A stretch of 64,000 nucleotides of DNA from Squalus acanthias (taxonomy: Eukaryota): the NCBI GenBank assembly GCA_030390025.1, contig CM059432.1, positions 96,164,001 through 96,228,000 of the forward strand, given 5' to 3'. A program made the position numbers and the translations under genes. Below the pieces are notes generated by a model. That model had not been told where the DNA came from. It saw only the letters and a list, made by a program, of their open reading frames with translations, and searched no databases. Each line of letters begins with the position of its first letter. The stretch's first letter is position 1. Of the stretch, positions 60,800 through 64,000 are shown piece by piece.

Positions 60800-62067
60800 G
60801 GGGGAGAAATTCAGTTGTTAGTGGCTGGCGGGGGTAGTAATGGAGTGCTAATGAAATAGCGAGGCGAATCCAGCGCCGCACACCAAATCCAGTCATTCCT
60901 TAGTGCCGCCGCTAACAGTTAGCGCCTGGGGCTTTAGCGGCAGGCAGATCGTGACGTCAGTGAGTGTGCAATGCTCATTGAGCGCCCGATCTGCCAAATT
61001 GATTATCGCTCCCTGCCTTAGCGCCTCGCTCCGACAACAACAGGAAGAGGAGGCGTGAAGCAGGCGTATGGCGGCTCCAGGGGTGATATTTAAAGGGATG
61101 AGTGACAGCTGTCAGGATAGTGCTGTTTCACTGCTTCCTTGTCAGTTTGTGATTGTGCACGAGTTTAATTCAGTCATTTAAAGGTTCTTTAGTATCAGGA
61201 ATGTTGTGGCTACTAAAAATTTGTTACATTTATTCTGACAAAATTTCAAAGTGCTACACATCGTTACATTGATGGGGGCTGTACTGGCAGTCGACCTCAC
61301 CCTCCAGGATCTACTGCGGAGGCAGCACAAAAGATTGCAAGATGTGGCCAGAGGGAGGAGGAGGGCCGTCAGGAGACCTTACCCTCCGAGGGTATTCCGA
61401 GAGCACTTCTCCTACCTCCAATTAAGCGAGGAGCAGTGTATTAGAAGGCTCCGCTTCAGCAAGGATGTGGTCACCGAACTCTGCCACCTCCTGCAACCAA
61501 ACCTTGAGCCTTAGATCAGATCGACCATGGGTCTCTCAGTGGCAGTCAAGGTCACCGTCGCCCTGAATTTCTTTGCCAGCGGATCCTTCCAGTCTGCAGC
61601 AGGAGACACAGCGAACATCTCGCAGTTCGTCATCCATCGTTTCATCCGGGAGGTCACAGAGGCTCTCTACAGTAGGAGAAGGGACTACATTTCCTTCCCC
61701 ATCACCAGAGAGAAGCAGGACGAACGTGCATCTGGCTTTGCCAGGTTAGCGGGCTTCCCCATGGTGCAGGGTGCCATTAACCGCACCCACGTGGCTTTGC
61801 AAGCACTGCATAACAATCCTGAGATCTTCCGTAACCGCAGAGGTTACCACTCACTTAATGTGCAGTTGGTGTGCGACCACAGACAGTGAATCCTCAATGT
61901 GAATGCCCGCTATCTTGGCAGAAGCCAGGGTACCTTCATCGTGCATCAAACCGGTGTGCCAGCACTCTTCCAGTCACCACATCAAGCTCGCAGCTGGCTG
62001 GTCGGAGACAAGGGCTATCTACTCTCCACCTGGCTTATGACTCCCCTCCGCAACCCCAACACTCTGA
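60800..62067 (+). mobile_element. Harbinger left end and disrupted transposase (from ~61272), interrupted by LINE B
   Basis: TAT|GGGGGAGAAATTC; RRLRFSK, ALNFFASGSFQ, GFPMVQGAINRTHV, SLNVQLVCD, GDKGY. Confidence 0.85.
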
Positions 62068-64000
62068 TAGCGTAGTGGTAATGTCACTGGGCCAGTAATC
62101 CAGTGGCCTGAACTAATGATGCAGAGACGTGAGTTCAAATACCACCACGGCAGCTGGGGAATTTAAATTCAGTTAATTCAATAAATCTGGAATAAAAAGT
62201 TAGTATCAGTAATGGTAACCATGAAACTATCGGATTGTCGTAAAAACCCATCTGGTTCATTAATATCCTTTAGGGAAGGAAATCTGGCCTATATGTGACT
62301 CCAGACCCACAGCAATGTGGTTGACTCTTAACTGCCCTCTTAAATGGCCTAACAAGCCACTCAGGTTGTAACAAACTGCTACCAAACAATATAATAAGAA
62401 AGAAACCGGACGGACCACCAGGCACCGGTTACAGACACGGCACCGGCACACCCAGCCCAGTCAACCCTGCAAAGTCCTCCTCACCAAGATCTGGGCACTT
62501 GTGCCAAAATTGGGAGAGCTGTCCCACAGACTAGTCACGCAGCAGCCTGCACAGTCATACTCACAGAATCATACCTTTCAGCCAATGTCCCAAACTCCTC
62601 CATCACCATCCCTGGGTATGTCCTGTCCCACCAGCAGGACAGACCCACCAGGGGTGGTGGCACAGTGGTGTACAGTTGGGAAGGAGTGGCCCTGGGAGTC
62701 CACAACATTGACTCCGGACCCCATGAAGTCTCACGGCTTCAGGTCAAGCATGGGCAAGGAAACCTCCTGCTGATTACTGCCCTCCATCAGCTGATGATTC
62801 AGTATTCCGCCATGTTGAACACCACTTGGAAGAAACACTGAGAGTAGCAAGGGCACAGAATGTACTCTGGGTGGGGGACTTCAATGTCCATCACCAAGAA
62901 TGGCTCGGTAGCGCCGAGTCCTGAAGGACATAACTGCCAGTCTGGGCCTGCGACAGGTGGTGAGAGAACCAACACGAGGGAAAAACCTATTTGCCCTCAC
63001 CAATCTACCTGTCACAGATGCATCTTTCCATGACAGTATTGATAGCAGTGACCACTGCACAGTCATTGTGGAGACAAAGTCCCATTTTCACACTGAGAAC
63101 ACCCTCCATCGTGTTGTGTGGCAGTACCACCGTGCTAAATGGGATAGATTCAGAACAGATCTAGCAGCTCAAAACTGGGCATCCATGAGGTGCTGTGGGG
63201 CAGCAGCAGAATTGTATTCCACCACAATCTGTAACCTCATGGGCCGGCATATCCCTCACTCTACCATTACCATCAAGCCAGGGGACCAACTCTGGTTCAA
63301 TAAGGAGTGTAGAAGAGCATGCCAGGAGCAGCATCAGGCGTACCTAAAAATGAGGTGCCAACCTGGGGAAACTGCAACACAGGACTACCTGAATGCTAAA
63401 AAGCGGAAGCAGCATGCTATAGACAGGGTTAACGGATCAGATCAAAGCACTGCAGTCGAGAATGGTGGTGGACCATTAAACAACTAACGGGAGGAGGAGG
63501 CTCCATGAATATCCCCATCCTCAAAGATGGTGGAGCCCAGCACGTGAGTGCAAAAGAAAAGGCTGAAGCGTTTGCAACCATCTTCAGCCAGAAGTGCCGA
63601 GTGGATGATCCATATCGGCCTCCTCCTGAGGTCCCCACCATCACAGTAGCCAGTCTTCAGCCAATTCGATTCACTCCACGTGATATCAAGATACAGCTCA
63701 GCGCACTGGATGCAGCAAAGGCTATGGGCCCTGAAACATCCCGGCTATCGTGCTGAAGACTTGTGCTCCAGAAGTAGCCGCGCCTCTAGCAAAGCTGTTC
63801 CAGTACAGCTACAACACTGGCATCTATCTGAAAATGTGGAAAACTGCCCAGGTATGTCCTGTTCACAAAAAGCAGGACAAATGCAATCTGGCCAATTACC
63901 GCCCCATCAGTCAACTCTCAATCATCAGCAAAGTAATGGAAGGTATCGTTGACAGTGCTATCAAGCAGCACTTACTCACCAATAACCTGCTCACCGATGC
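62068..64000 (+). mobile_element. LINE family B 5' half: tRNA-like head then degenerate AP endonuclease/RT ORF (runs off window)
   Basis: TAGCGTAGTGGTA and GTTCAAATACC boxes; WVGDFNVHH, VREPTRGKN, SSDHCTV, ANYRPIS. Confidence 0.8.

Overview
Vertebrate genomic DNA made almost entirely of nested transposable elements; no host protein-coding exon could be supported. The repeat content (CR1-rich, Deu-domain tRNA SINEs, Penelope elements) suggests a cartilaginous fish, which is an inference. The standout is a young 9.26-kb endogenous retrovirus-like element on the minus strand (30062-39317). It has two 1676-bp LTRs about 99% identical, a 4-bp AGGT target-site duplication (TSD), a perfect 18-nt tRNA-Arg primer-binding site (PBS) and an intact gag with a CCHC knuckle. 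It has no pol. In the pol position, in frame behind a UGA-CUG stop, lies an ORF that repeats the Gag coiled coil. The env combines an N-terminal Ig-like domain with a paramyxo/pneumovirus-F-like class I fusion protein and is split by one in-frame TAA. This resembles the lokiretroviruses, here in a pol-less form. The rest of the window holds several Harbinger DNA transposons (transposase plus Myb/SANT gene) and their MITEs, a near-full-length CR1 and many CR1 fragments, two Penelope families with minimal hammerhead ribozymes, a LINE with a tRNA-like head, L2 tails and two DeuSINEs.
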